Shown here in pieces: positions 49,435 through 58,680 of a stretch of 64,000 nucleotides of DNA; within the stretch, counting starts at the first letter, position 1, and each line of letters begins with the position of its first letter. Source of the DNA: Patescibacteria group bacterium UBA6532 (lineage in GTDB: Bacteria > Patescibacteriota > Minisyncoccia > Minisyncoccales > UBA6532); contig DJKW01000004.1 of the NCBI GenBank assembly GCA_002434805.1, positions 11,936 to 75,935 of the forward strand, written 5' to 3'. Both the position numbers and the translations under genes were made by a program. The notes under the pieces are model-generated. The model worked only from the letters and a program-made list of their open reading frames with translations, had not been told where the DNA came from and did no database searches.

Positions 49435-51147
49435 TTATTCTAAAATTGCTCTTATTCTTCTTACTCCAGCTCCCGAAGACTCCTCTTTTATAATCTTAAA
49501 CCGGCCGAGCTCTGAAGTTTTCTTAACATGGGGTCCGGCGCAAATCTCTTTAGAAAACCCCCCGATTGAATAAACCGTAACCTTTTCTGGATACTTTTCT
49601 TTAAAAAACGCCAGGGCTTTGGATTTTAAGGCCTTCTCGTATGGCATCTCTTCTTTTTTGACTGCTAAATCTTTTTTAATTTTTTCGTTAACTGAATCTT
49701 CAACCTTTTTAATTTCAGCTTCGGTCATTTTTTGATGATGAGAAAAATCAAACCGCAGTCTTTGAGGATTAATATCAGATCCCATCTGTTTTACATCATC
49801 TCCCAAAACTTCTCTTAAAGCCTGATGTAAAAGATGGGTAGCTGTATGAAGCTTAACAGCTTTCAATGTTGCTCCTTTGCCCAATCCGCCAAACTTTTTT
49901 TCAGCTCCGGCCCGAGAAACTTCCTGGTGCTTTTTAAAAGCTTTTTTAAAACCTTCTTTGTCTTTGATTTTTATTCCAGATTCTTTAGCTAACTCTTCAA
50001 TAGACTCCAATGAAATAGAATGGGTCTCATAAAGAGAAAAAGCTTCTTTTCCGGTAATATATCCTCTCCCTGCCTTTGATAATATTTTCGATAATATTTT
50101 CCATTCCTTAATACCTTGTTCTATGGCTCTCCGGAATTTTTCTTCTTCTTTTTGAATAACAGTTAAAATATCTGCCTGCCTACTAGAAAGTTCGGGATAA
50201 ATGTCTTTATAAGTTTCGATTACTTTTCCAGCCAAAGAAAATAGAAAGTTAGTTTGTAATTCAAGTAATCTTCTAGAACGGATAGTTCTCCTCAAAATTT
50301 TTCTTAAAACATAGCCCCGCTCAACATTAGAAGGAAATATTCCTTCTGAAATTAAAAAGACAGCTCCTCTGATATGATCGGCAATAATCCTATAGTCTTT
50401 AGAATTCTTGTCATAGATTTTAGCTGAACTTTTCTCTATTTCTTTAATAATTGGTTCAAATAAATCAATTTCAAAAACGCTAGTTTTTTCTTGAGAAACC
50501 ATAGCTAGACGCTCTAACCCCATTCCCGTATCCACTCCCTTTTGCTTTAAGGGTTTTAATTTTTTCTTGGAATCGCAATAATACTCATTAAAAACAATAT
50601 TCCAAACCTCAACTCCCCCAAAATGAATTTCAGTGGTCGGGCCACAAGGTCCTTCCACTCCGGTGGGACCCCAGAAATTATCCTCTCTGCCGCATTTCTT
50701 TATTTTCTCTTCGGGAATTCCCAGCTTTTTCCAGATAAGAATAGACTCTTCATCTAGCGGTACTTCTTTATCGCCTCCAAAAACAGTAAAACGAGCTTCC
50801 TTAAGAGGCAGTTTTAATTTTTTAAAAAGAAATTCGTAGGCTAGTTTAATCGCTTCTTCTTTAAAATAATTGCCAAAGCTAAAATTCCCTAGCATTTCCA
50901 AAAAAGTGAGATGGCTGACATCACCCACCTCTTCAATGTCTGAAGTTCTAAAGCATTTTTGGGAGCTAGCAACTTTCTTGCCATAAGGACTGGGCTCTCC
51001 TAAAAAATATTCTTTAAATTGCTGCATTCCCGCGCTAGTTAAAAGAACGCTGGGATCTTTGGGTATAAGAGAAGACGAGGGCACTATTTTATGCCCTTTT
51101 TTTTCAAAAAAATCTAAAAACTTCTGACGCAATTCCCTTGTTTTCAT
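49435..51147 (-). CDS. alaS: Alanine--tRNA ligase, compact form (570 aa)
   Basis: ELRQKFLDFFEKKGHKIVPSSSLIP..DPSVLLTSAGMQQFK. Editing-site strings HTATHLLHQALREVLG and CAGPHV. No room for a C-Ala domain. Confidence 0.9.
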   Translation of the reverse strand: MKTRELRQKFLDFFEKKGHKIVPSSSLIPKDPSVLLTSAGMQQFKEYFLGEPSPYGKKVASSQKCFRTSDIEEVGDVSHLTFLEMLGNFSFGNYFKEEAIKLAYEFLFKKLKLPLKEARFTVFGGDKEVPLDEESILIWKKLGIPEEKIKKCGREDNFWGPTGVEGPCGPTTEIHFGGVEVWNIVFNEYYCDSKKKLKPLKQKGVDTGMGLERLAMVSQEKTSVFEIDLFEPIIKEIEKSSAKIYDKNSKDYRIIADHIRGAVFLISEGIFPSNVERGYVLRKILRRTIRSRRLLELQTNFLFSLAGKVIETYKDIYPELSSRQADILTVIQKEEEKFRRAIEQGIKEWKILSKILSKAGRGYITGKEAFSLYETHSISLESIEELAKESGIKIKDKEGFKKAFKKHQEVSRAGAEKKFGGLGKGATLKAVKLHTATHLLHQALREVLGDDVKQMGSDINPQRLRFDFSHHQKMTEAEIKKVEDSVNEKIKKDLAVKKEEMPYEKALKSKALAFFKEKYPEKVTVYSIGGFSKEICAGPHVKKTSELGRFKIIKEESSGAGVRRIRAILE

Positions 51148-51182
51148 ATTTAATTCATTTTATCCTGTCTTTGTTTTTTAGT

Positions 51183-52241
51183 CTACGCTGAGGTTGCCAC
51201 CAATTCTATTATTCCCCCTCCTAAAAGTTCCTCTCCTTTGTAAAAGACTACTGACTGTCCGGGAGCTATGGCCATTTGCGGCTTTTCAAAAACCAACCTG
51301 CCGCCAGAATAAAGCTTGGCTTTAGCTCCTTTGTGGCGATAGCGAATTTTGGCCGTCACCTTAATAGGGAGCTTGGGTTTATTGAGCCAATTAATTCTTT
51401 TTGCTTTTAATTCTTTTTTATACAAATCCTTTTCATCTCTGCTGACAATAAGAGTATTGTTTTTAGGGTTAATCTTTAAGACAAAGTAGGGGCCGGAGCT
51501 TAAATGCAAACCCTTTCTCTGTCCAATAGTGTAATAATAAAATCCTTGATGCTCCCCGATTACTTTTCCGTCTTTCAATAAAATCTTGCCCTTTTTTGGA
51601 GGAAGGTATTCTTTTAGGAAATCAATCAGTTTAACTTTTCCCACAAAGCAAATGCCCTGGCTGTCTTTTTTGTCAGCGTTAGGAAGATTAAAAACCTTTG
51701 CCATTTTCCTTACTTCGTCTTTTTTGCATCCCCCAACGGGAAACATTATCTTTTTTAATACTTTTGGCTTTAGAGCGTAGAGAAAATATGATTGATCTTT
51801 GTTTTTGTCTCTGCCTTTCAATAATTTTATCCTGTCTTTTACTGCCTCAACTCTGGCATAATGCCCTGTAGCTAAAAAATGAAAACCCAAAGCCGTAGCT
51901 TTTTTTAAAAGGATACCGAACTTAATTTCCTGGTTGCAGATAATATCTGGGTTTGGAGTCTTACCCCTGGCATATTCTTTAATAAAGTAATCAATAACTT
52001 TTTCTTTATACTCTCGAGTAAAGTCAAAGGTATAAAAAGGGATTCCAATCTTATTTGCCACCAGTCTGGCAATACGCTGATCTTCATCGGTACTGCAATA
52101 ATTTTCTTTATCTGCCTGCCAGCATTTTAAAAAAGCTCCGGCAACCTCAAAACCCGCCTTTTTTAACAAAGCGGCGGCCACGGAACTGTCTACTCCTCCA
52201 GACATCGCTACTAAAACTTTTGATTTCTTTAATCTTTTCAT
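51183..52241 (-). CDS. mnmA: tRNA-specific 2-thiouridylase MnmA
   Basis: VLVAMSGGVDSSVAAALL (PP-loop), TPNPDIICN, ATGHYAR, DQSYFL. Confidence 0.9.
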   Translation of the reverse strand: MKRLKKSKVLVAMSGGVDSSVAAALLKKAGFEVAGAFLKCWQADKENYCSTDEDQRIARLVANKIGIPFYTFDFTREYKEKVIDYFIKEYARGKTPNPDIICNQEIKFGILLKKATALGFHFLATGHYARVEAVKDRIKLLKGRDKNKDQSYFLYALKPKVLKKIMFPVGGCKKDEVRKMAKVFNLPNADKKDSQGICFVGKVKLIDFLKEYLPPKKGKILLKDGKVIGEHQGFYYYTIGQRKGLHLSSGPYFVLKINPKNNTLIVSRDEKDLYKKELKAKRINWLNKPKLPIKVTAKIRYRHKGAKAKLYSGGRLVFEKPQMAIAPGQSVVFYKGEELLGGGIIELVATSA

Positions 52242-52299
52242 TTAAAAAAGCCACTATTGGTGACCAAACCTATATTATTGATCTAGTACGAATAAGAGA

Positions 52300-52818
52300 T
52301 TAAGAAAAGCGATCAGCCACTGTTGAAGCCACGTAAGATTCTGGTTTAATTTTCGGTTCAAAGCCAGTTCCCCGAATCAATCCCACTACTTCTTTTATCA
52401 TATCTCGAGTTTGCCCGTTTTCACCGACATCAGCATGAATATACTTAAATTGATAATTAGGAATCACTGAAAAGCTTTTTAAGGTCTCTTTAATATTTTC
52501 TCTTAAAAATAGGGCAAGCTGGCAAGAAAGAAAAACTTCTTCTAAAATTCTTTGCTTCCAGTTATAAAATTTCTTGTTATTTAGAGCTGGATACTTTACA
52601 TTTTTTATAAAAAATCTCCCGCCAAGGCCTTTTCTTAAAACCACTATGACAATTGGGAAATTGGGTTCTTCTCCCGAAGAAGAATCGCAGCCAACTACAA
52701 TATCATAGAATTTCTCTGGTTTTTCTGACATATAGGCAAAAATCTCCTTGATCACCCCTTTAATGGAAAGGTTTCCTTTGTTGGGGTTGTAAAAATTTCC
52801 TTGAAAAATATCTTCCAT
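52300..52818 (-). CDS. YkuK/DUF458-like RNase H-fold protein
   Basis: 172 aa. YDIVVGCDSS and FPIVIVVLRKGLGGRFF resemble the YkuK family. Pattern-level recognition only. Confidence 0.45.
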   Translation of the reverse strand: MEDIFQGNFYNPNKGNLSIKGVIKEIFAYMSEKPEKFYDIVVGCDSSSGEEPNFPIVIVVLRKGLGGRFFIKNVKYPALNNKKFYNWKQRILEEVFLSCQLALFLRENIKETLKSFSVIPNYQFKYIHADVGENGQTRDMIKEVVGLIRGTGFEPKIKPESYVASTVADRFS

Positions 52819-52850
52819 ATTACAGAATATAACAAATCAGAAAATAAAAA

Positions 52851-53504
52851 TCAACCCCTTACCGCCTCAATTATTTTTACAAACTCGTTTGGCTTCAAAG
52901 AAGCACCTCCCACTAAAAGACCCTGAAAGCCTGCTTTTTTAATATAGTCTCCTGCATTTTTAAAGGTAACGCTCCCTCCGTAAAGAAGGGGCAGATTTTT
53001 AGTTTTCTTTTTAATTAAATATCTCATTTTTTTAGCTTTCTCTATGCTTAAGGGCTTCCCGTTGCCGATAGCGGAAAGGGGTTCGTAAGCTATGATAAGA
53101 TTTTTAATGTCTTTTGGAATCTGAGAGATTTTATCAATACATAAAATAGGCTTCAATCCGACTTTTAGGGCTGCTTTTAGTTTTCTGTTAATCAGCGCTT
53201 TTGTTTCTTTTTGATATTTTCTTCTTTCTGAATGACCGATAATGACGTACTTTACTCCTAAGTTTTTCAGCATGAGAGGTGAAATTTCACCAGTAAAAGC
53301 CCCTCTCTTTTTTAAAAAGCAGTCTTGGGCTCCCTTAGCTTTTAATTCTGATAAATAGACAGAAGGTGGACAAATAATGGCATTTGTTTTTTTAACCCTA
53401 TTAAAAAGAGCTTTGGCTTCTCTTAAGCTCTGTGGGTTCATTTTCCAATTAGCAACAACTATTGGTTTCCTTTTTCCACCTAATTTTAATGCTCTAGTAT
53501 TCAT
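52851..53504 (-). CDS. tpiA: Triose-phosphate isomerase (short, 217 aa)
   Basis: VVANWKMN, IIGHSERR, AYEPLSAIG, YGGSV. Confidence 0.9.
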   Translation of the reverse strand: MNTRALKLGGKRKPIVVANWKMNPQSLREAKALFNRVKKTNAIICPPSVYLSELKAKGAQDCFLKKRGAFTGEISPLMLKNLGVKYVIIGHSERRKYQKETKALINRKLKAALKVGLKPILCIDKISQIPKDIKNLIIAYEPLSAIGNGKPLSIEKAKKMRYLIKKKTKNLPLLYGGSVTFKNAGDYIKKAGFQGLLVGGASLKPNEFVKIIEAVRG

Positions 53505-53561
53505 GGTATTTAAATAAGATAGCTGTTAAGTTAAAAAATTTTTGTTAACTTATTATTTAAT

Positions 53562-54062
53562 TTAAGGAGAAAAGGAACAATTATATCCAGCGCAATCGCC
53601 AGAACCCCAATTATAATCGCCGCTGTAATCCCAGCACTCGCCTCCGGCTTCATCTGCTCTAGATGCTCCTTCTTGGGTTTCAAAGCGCACCTCTATCTGG
53701 TAATCCCTTGAACAACTCCACCACCAACTGGGAGTACCATAATAATAAAAACAGCCGGAAGCAATCTCAGGGTCAGTTATTCCTCCTGTAACAATGCTCT
53801 CGTTTCTTAATTCCACAGTAAGAAGATCGCTCTGACCATTAAGGAGGATCAAATCACAGCCAGGAGTCCCGTCACTAGGATAACTTTCATATCTGTCATA
53901 ATAAAATTCTAAAGCCAGACGAAGCTGCTTTAAATCTTGTAATCGTCTAGCATCTCTTGTTTTAGCCCTTGCCCCTCCCATTGATACTAAAACCAGGCTA
54001 GCAATAAGGCCAATTACAGAAATAACCACTAAAAGTTCAATTAAGGTGAATCCCTTTTTCAT
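53562..54062 (-). CDS. Type IV pilin / pseudopilin (prepilin N-terminal methylation motif)
   Basis: MKKGFTLIELLVVISVIGLIASLVL. The C-terminal half is Cys/Trp/Gly-rich; one 60-nt line in it hand-counted at 50% GC. Confidence 0.85.
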   Translation of the reverse strand: MKKGFTLIELLVVISVIGLIASLVLVSMGGARAKTRDARRLQDLKQLRLALEFYYDRYESYPSDGTPGCDLILLNGQSDLLTVELRNESIVTGGITDPEIASGCFYYYGTPSWWWSCSRDYQIEVRFETQEGASRADEAGGECWDYSGDYNWGSGDCAGYNCSFSP

Positions 54063-54065
54063 TGA

Positions 54066-54524
54066 TTAAATAATTTTTAATACTCCAAGGGTGACAAAAG
54101 TAACTATTACTCCAGCTATTATCACTCCAAGAAATATTAAGGGAAAAGCTTTTTTGAAAGGTATGCTAAAAACAAATGAGGCTAAAGATCCCGTCCAAAC
54201 GCCAGTAAGTGGAAAAGGTATGGCTACTAATAGAACTAAAGTAAATTCTTTCCACTTGGCGAATTTTGAATTATGATTATTTCTTGTCCGCTCAAAAAGC
54301 CAGGTAAAAAAGCGGTTAAAAAAATAGAACTTATGGCTCAAATATCGAGAAATTTTTCCTAAAGACCAAAGCCAAAAAAGAGCCGGGACAATATTTCCCA
54401 AAACAGAGAAAATAAAAGCTGACCAGAGAGGAAGCCCGTAAACACCCAAAGCAATGGGAATTGAGGCCCGAAGCTCGCCAAAAGGAGTCATGGCAATTAA
54501 AAAAGTTTTAAGTTCAAGAAGCAT
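54066..54524 (-). CDS. Small membrane protein (COG2426 / small multidrug-export-like)
   Basis: 152 aa, 4 hydrophobic spans. N-terminus MTPFGELRASIPIALG is typical of that family. Confidence 0.45.
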   Translation of the reverse strand: MLLELKTFLIAMTPFGELRASIPIALGVYGLPLWSAFIFSVLGNIVPALFWLWSLGKISRYLSHKFYFFNRFFTWLFERTRNNHNSKFAKWKEFTLVLLVAIPFPLTGVWTGSLASFVFSIPFKKAFPLIFLGVIIAGVIVTFVTLGVLKII

Positions 54525-54526
54525 TT

Positions 54527-55591
54527 TTATTGTTTTCTTAAATATTCAGCGGCTTTCTCGGGTTCAATGGTAGAAATTTCAATTCCTGTTCCCAGCTCAA
54601 AACCGGCCCAGGTAGCTGTTTTAGGCAAAATAGTCCAATGCCAATGGTAATGGTCGTAATTTTCCCCGTCACAGGGAGCTGTATGCAAATAGAAATTATA
54701 AGCTGGATCCCCCAAACCTTTATAAAGCTTATTTAAAGCTACCCGAAGAGCTTGAGCTAATTGTAATTTCTCTTTTTCGCTAATCTTTTCAAAATAAGGA
54801 AGATGTTTTTTTGGAGAAATAATCATTTCAAAGGCGGCCTTGGAAGCAAAAGGACAGATAACGAGAAATCCTTTATTCTCAAAGACAACTCTTTCTTTAT
54901 TCTTTCTTTCCCAATCACTCATTACACAGTAAATGCATTTTCGATGTTTTTTATAATAATTTTTGGAATTAACCAGAGCTTTTCTTAAATCAGAATCAAT
55001 CAGAGGAGTGGTAATAATCTGAGAATGCGGGTGAGCTATGGAAGCTCCGGCTTCAGTTCCGTGATTGTGGAAAATAGAAACATAATTAACAAATTTCTCC
55101 TCAATCATTTCTTTAAATCTTCCATGATAAACATCAATTACTTCTTTAACTTGAGAAATTTGAAGTTGGGCTATTTGTTTTTTGTGGTCTTTAGTGACAA
55201 CCACCTCGTGAAAGCCTACGGCATTCATTGTTTGGAAAAGACTGTCTTTCGACTTTCTATCCAATTTAAGATATGGAATAAAAGCGGGGTATTTATTCGG
55301 AATAGAAACAGTGGTCCAATTTTTGGGAATTTTATTTCCGATTTTAAAAAACACCTTTTTACCCTGAGAAAAAATCAAGGTAGGCTCTTCCTGAGTATCA
55401 ATCTTATCAAAAGGACAAACGCGCTGAGAAACCTCTTTTTTAGCTCTTTTTTCCCTCTTAAAAGTTTCTGGTCTTTTGGCGCGACCGGTAGCAATAACAA
55501 CCCAATCTTTTGAAACAAGATCAAAACGAAGCTCAGACGGACAAACTCCCGGAAGACAGACCTTTGATTTGTCTTTATTCTTTTTTGCCAT
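54527..55591 (-). CDS. galT: Galactose-1-phosphate uridylyltransferase-family enzyme (GalT/HIT superfamily)
   Basis: ELRFDLVSKDWVVIATGRAKRP, VCPF, and the active-site string HPHSQI. Confidence 0.8.
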   Translation of the reverse strand: MAKKNKDKSKVCLPGVCPSELRFDLVSKDWVVIATGRAKRPETFKREKRAKKEVSQRVCPFDKIDTQEEPTLIFSQGKKVFFKIGNKIPKNWTTVSIPNKYPAFIPYLKLDRKSKDSLFQTMNAVGFHEVVVTKDHKKQIAQLQISQVKEVIDVYHGRFKEMIEEKFVNYVSIFHNHGTEAGASIAHPHSQIITTPLIDSDLRKALVNSKNYYKKHRKCIYCVMSDWERKNKERVVFENKGFLVICPFASKAAFEMIISPKKHLPYFEKISEKEKLQLAQALRVALNKLYKGLGDPAYNFYLHTAPCDGENYDHYHWHWTILPKTATWAGFELGTGIEISTIEPEKAAEYLRKQ

Positions 55592-56318
55592 AAATACCTT
55601 TAATTAAATTTAACCTTATCTTAATTAAATCAAAAGCCATTTTTATTATCGACTTAAATTTTACCTTGCTTTCTAAATCATTAATCCAGGTTACGGGAAT
55701 CTCTTTTATTTTGTAACCCGATAACTTCCCGACAACTAAAATCTCGGGGTCAAAAGCAAAACGGTCTATCTTGCATTTAGGTAAAATATATTCTGCTGAT
55801 TTATTAGTAAAACATTTAAAACCACATTGGGTATCGCTAATTTCCCAAAGGCCAATAATGAATTTTCTAAATAATTTAAATCCTCCTCCTAAAATAATTT
55901 TTCTTAACCAGGGCTGAGAAACAGCTAAAACGGATTCTGGCAAATCGCGAGAACCGATAACAATATCAAATTCTTTCTCAAGCCAGGGCCACATTTTCTC
56001 CACCTGGTCAACTGAAGTTGAATTATCAGCATCAGTAAACAATCTATATTTTCCTTTAGCTTCCAATAGCCCCTGCCTGACCACATAACCCTTGCCATGA
56101 TTATCTTTGTTATTAATTAATTTGAGGTTTTGAATTTTGGGCATTAAACCCCTAACTACGTCAGCGGTTCTGTCTTTGGAACCGTCGCTGATAACAATAA
56201 TTTCGTAAGTATAAGATTGCTTTCTTAAATACTTATCAATCTCTTCTAAAGTTTTAGGCAAGCGATTTTCTTCGTTGTAAGCTGGGATAACAACTGAAAG
56301 ATAAATTTGGTTTTCCAT
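55575..56318 (-). CDS. GT2 polyprenyl-phosphate beta-glucosyltransferase-like (ALG5/DPM1-like)
   Basis: LSVVIPAYNEENRL, VISDGSKDRT, FTDADNS, QCGFKCF. Confidence 0.8.
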   Translation of the reverse strand: MENQIYLSVVIPAYNEENRLPKTLEEIDKYLRKQSYTYEIIVISDGSKDRTADVVRGLMPKIQNLKLINNKDNHGKGYVVRQGLLEAKGKYRLFTDADNSTSVDQVEKMWPWLEKEFDIVIGSRDLPESVLAVSQPWLRKIILGGGFKLFRKFIIGLWEISDTQCGFKCFTNKSAEYILPKCKIDRFAFDPEILVVGKLSGYKIKEIPVTWINDLESKVKFKSIIKMAFDLIKIRLNLIKGIYGKKE

Positions 56319-56404
56319 TTCTTAATTTTAACATTGTATTCCAAAACAAAAAAGGGCTTTAATCCTTAATGGAATTAATTAAGTCTATGACTATACATTC
56401 TACG

Positions 56405-57643
56405 CTAACCCTTATAAAATTTATTGTAAAAGGTTGTCTTGTCTGGAATATTTTCTAAAATCAGGGAATTAGGCCCAATTTTACAGCCAGATCCCACTAA
56501 AACTCCGGGCATCAAACTAACCCGGATCCCGAAATAAGAATTGTCGCCTATGACTCCCCCAAAATAAGTGAGACCTGTTCCTATCTTTTTTCCTTTTACC
56601 ATCGACTTTATTTCTTCTCTATCAAGCCGGCGGTTTGCCGAGATAAAGCCTGCACCAAACCGACAATTCCTTCCTAATATTAAATTACCAAAGTAACCGG
56701 AATGAATATGACTATTTTCTTGAAAAAGAGAGTTTTTAATTTCTGCAAAGGAACCGGTAACAACGCCCTTTTCCAGGTTGACCGAACCCCTCACCAGATT
56801 ATTGGAACCAATTTGGCAATTGTCTCCAATATAGCAAGGTCCCTTAATCACTGTATTTTCTCTAATTTGAACATTCTTTCCAATATAAACCTTGCCTTCC
56901 AAGATTACATTTTTGCCCAAACTCTTTGATAAAATCTTCCTTTTTAGATGTTTGCTCTTTAAAAGAAAATTGAGTGCTTTTAGGGTTTCCCAAGGATATT
57001 TCAAGGAAATTGTTTCTTCTTTTAAGACGACTGCTTTTGCTCCCTCTTTTTTAATAAAAAGGTTAAAAGCTTTTATTAAACTATCTTCTGTTAGAGGAAC
57101 TTTTTTACAATAATTTAAAAAATTCGGAGGAATTAAGTAAACTTCATTGGTCTTGATCTTAGAAGGCTCTCTTCCTTTTTTTGGATTTTCAACCACTCTT
57201 AAGATTTTACCTGATTCTTTGAAATCAAGGATGCCGAATTCCCAGGGTCTATCTGTCTTTGATGCCAAAAAAACTATTTTTCCTTTATTCTTTTTAAACT
57301 TTTCTAATAAACGACCTAAATAATTTTCTCCATCAATTTTATGAGCGCCGATTAAAACAAAAGGGTCTCGAATAAAGTTTCTGGCTCGCCAAAGGGCGTC
57401 TCCGGTTCCTAATGGTTTATTTTGAGTAACATAGCGAACTTTAAGGTTAAATTCTTTTAGAGCGGCTTGAATGTCTTTTTTAGGACCCTGAACAATTATG
57501 ATATCCTTGACTCCAGATTTTCTTAAGCTTTCGATGGTATAAAAAATTAAAGGCCGGCCAAGAATACTAATCAAGCTTTTGTGCTTTTTGTTTAAAGGCC
57601 AAAATCGGGAAGATCGACCGGCAGCTAAAATTACAGCTTGCAT
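56405..57643 (-). CDS. Bifunctional-type sugar-1-P nucleotidyltransferase with C-terminal hexapeptide (LbH) domain, GlmU-like
   Basis: MQAVILAAGRSSRFWPLN and PLGTGDAL N-domain. C-terminal hexapeptide repeats (IGDNCQIGSNNLVRGSVNLEKGVV...). Confidence 0.7.
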   Translation of the reverse strand: MQAVILAAGRSSRFWPLNKKHKSLISILGRPLIFYTIESLRKSGVKDIIIVQGPKKDIQAALKEFNLKVRYVTQNKPLGTGDALWRARNFIRDPFVLIGAHKIDGENYLGRLLEKFKKNKGKIVFLASKTDRPWEFGILDFKESGKILRVVENPKKGREPSKIKTNEVYLIPPNFLNYCKKVPLTEDSLIKAFNLFIKKEGAKAVVLKEETISLKYPWETLKALNFLLKSKHLKRKILSKSLGKNVILEGKVYIGKNVQIRENTVIKGPCYIGDNCQIGSNNLVRGSVNLEKGVVTGSFAEIKNSLFQENSHIHSGYFGNLILGRNCRFGAGFISANRRLDREEIKSMVKGKKIGTGLTYFGGVIGDNSYFGIRVSLMPGVLVGSGCKIGPNSLILENIPDKTTFYNKFYKG

Positions 57644-58617
57644 AGCTTTATGATAAGTTCGGTTAATTTATTGGAATCGTGACGAATAAGGGTTCTTTGC
57701 AAAAGCACGTCTGAAGGATCTTGTTTGTTAACTTTATCGCTAACCAGGCTGGCTCCAATAAAACGCTTATCTTTTAACAAATCCAGTTCTGGTTCGACAA
57801 ATTCTCCTTCCTGGGCATACCTATTAAGAAAAGTTGACGAGGGTTTTTTAGTATTAAAAGTAACGTAGTCTAAGACTCCTTCTCCCAAATACTGCTCAAT
57901 AACATTTGAAAAGTCCCTTACTTTAAATCTGTTCGTATGGCCGTGTTTTGTCATGAGGTTGGAATTGTAAATTTTAGTTGCTTTGGATTTTTTGATAGCT
58001 TGAGGAATGCCATTAACCAAAAGATTGGGTACAATGCTTGAGTAAAGGTCACCCGGCCCAATGATTATTACGTCAGCTTTCTGGATGGCCTTTACCGCTT
58101 TTGGGTTAGCTATAGCATTGGGATTTAAAAACAACTTTCTGATTTTGTGTTTTGATAAAAGGCGGGACTTAGTGATATTCTTTTCTCCTTTTATTTCTTT
58201 GCCAGACTCTAATATGGCAGCCAATCTCACTTTATCCAATGTTACGGGAATGACCTCTCCTTTAATATCTAATACCCGGCCGGCTTTTTCTACGGCCTTA
58301 TCAAAACTGCCAGTTAATTTTTCCAAGGCGGCCATAAAAATATTGCCGAAATTATGACCCAAGAAAGGTCCAAAGCCAAACCTATAAGCAAATAAATTTC
58401 TCAGCAGCAAATCTTCCTGAGAAAGGGCTATTAAGCACTGCCTGACGTCTCCCGGAGGCAGAACCCCTAACTCATCTCTTAAAACGCCGGAAGATCCTCC
58501 GTCGTCTGCCATGGTAACTATTGCAGATAAATGGAAAGGGTGCTTTTTTAAACTAGACAAGATAGTAAAAGTACCCGTGCCCCCGCCAATACATACTATT
58601 TTTTTTATTTTTTTCAT
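57631..58617 (-). CDS. yvcK: YvcK/CofD-family protein (UDP-sugar-binding gluconeogenesis factor-like)
   Basis: KIVCIGGGTGTFTILSSLKK, MADDGGSSG..R, PPGDVRQC, IIGPGDLYSSI. Confidence 0.8.
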   Translation of the reverse strand: MKKIKKIVCIGGGTGTFTILSSLKKHPFHLSAIVTMADDGGSSGVLRDELGVLPPGDVRQCLIALSQEDLLLRNLFAYRFGFGPFLGHNFGNIFMAALEKLTGSFDKAVEKAGRVLDIKGEVIPVTLDKVRLAAILESGKEIKGEKNITKSRLLSKHKIRKLFLNPNAIANPKAVKAIQKADVIIIGPGDLYSSIVPNLLVNGIPQAIKKSKATKIYNSNLMTKHGHTNRFKVRDFSNVIEQYLGEGVLDYVTFNTKKPSSTFLNRYAQEGEFVEPELDLLKDKRFIGASLVSDKVNKQDPSDVLLQRTLIRHDSNKLTELIIKLCKL

Positions 58618-58680
58618 AAAATTACTCTACAGTAACACTTTTAGCTAAATTCCAAGTATTGTCAACTGTTTCTTTAATTT

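Noticed and set aside
53527-53552. Terminator hairpin between the pilin gene and tpiA.
   Set aside because: The stem is 8 bp with a single G:C pair, and no T-run follows on the coding (minus) strand. It is too weak to call.
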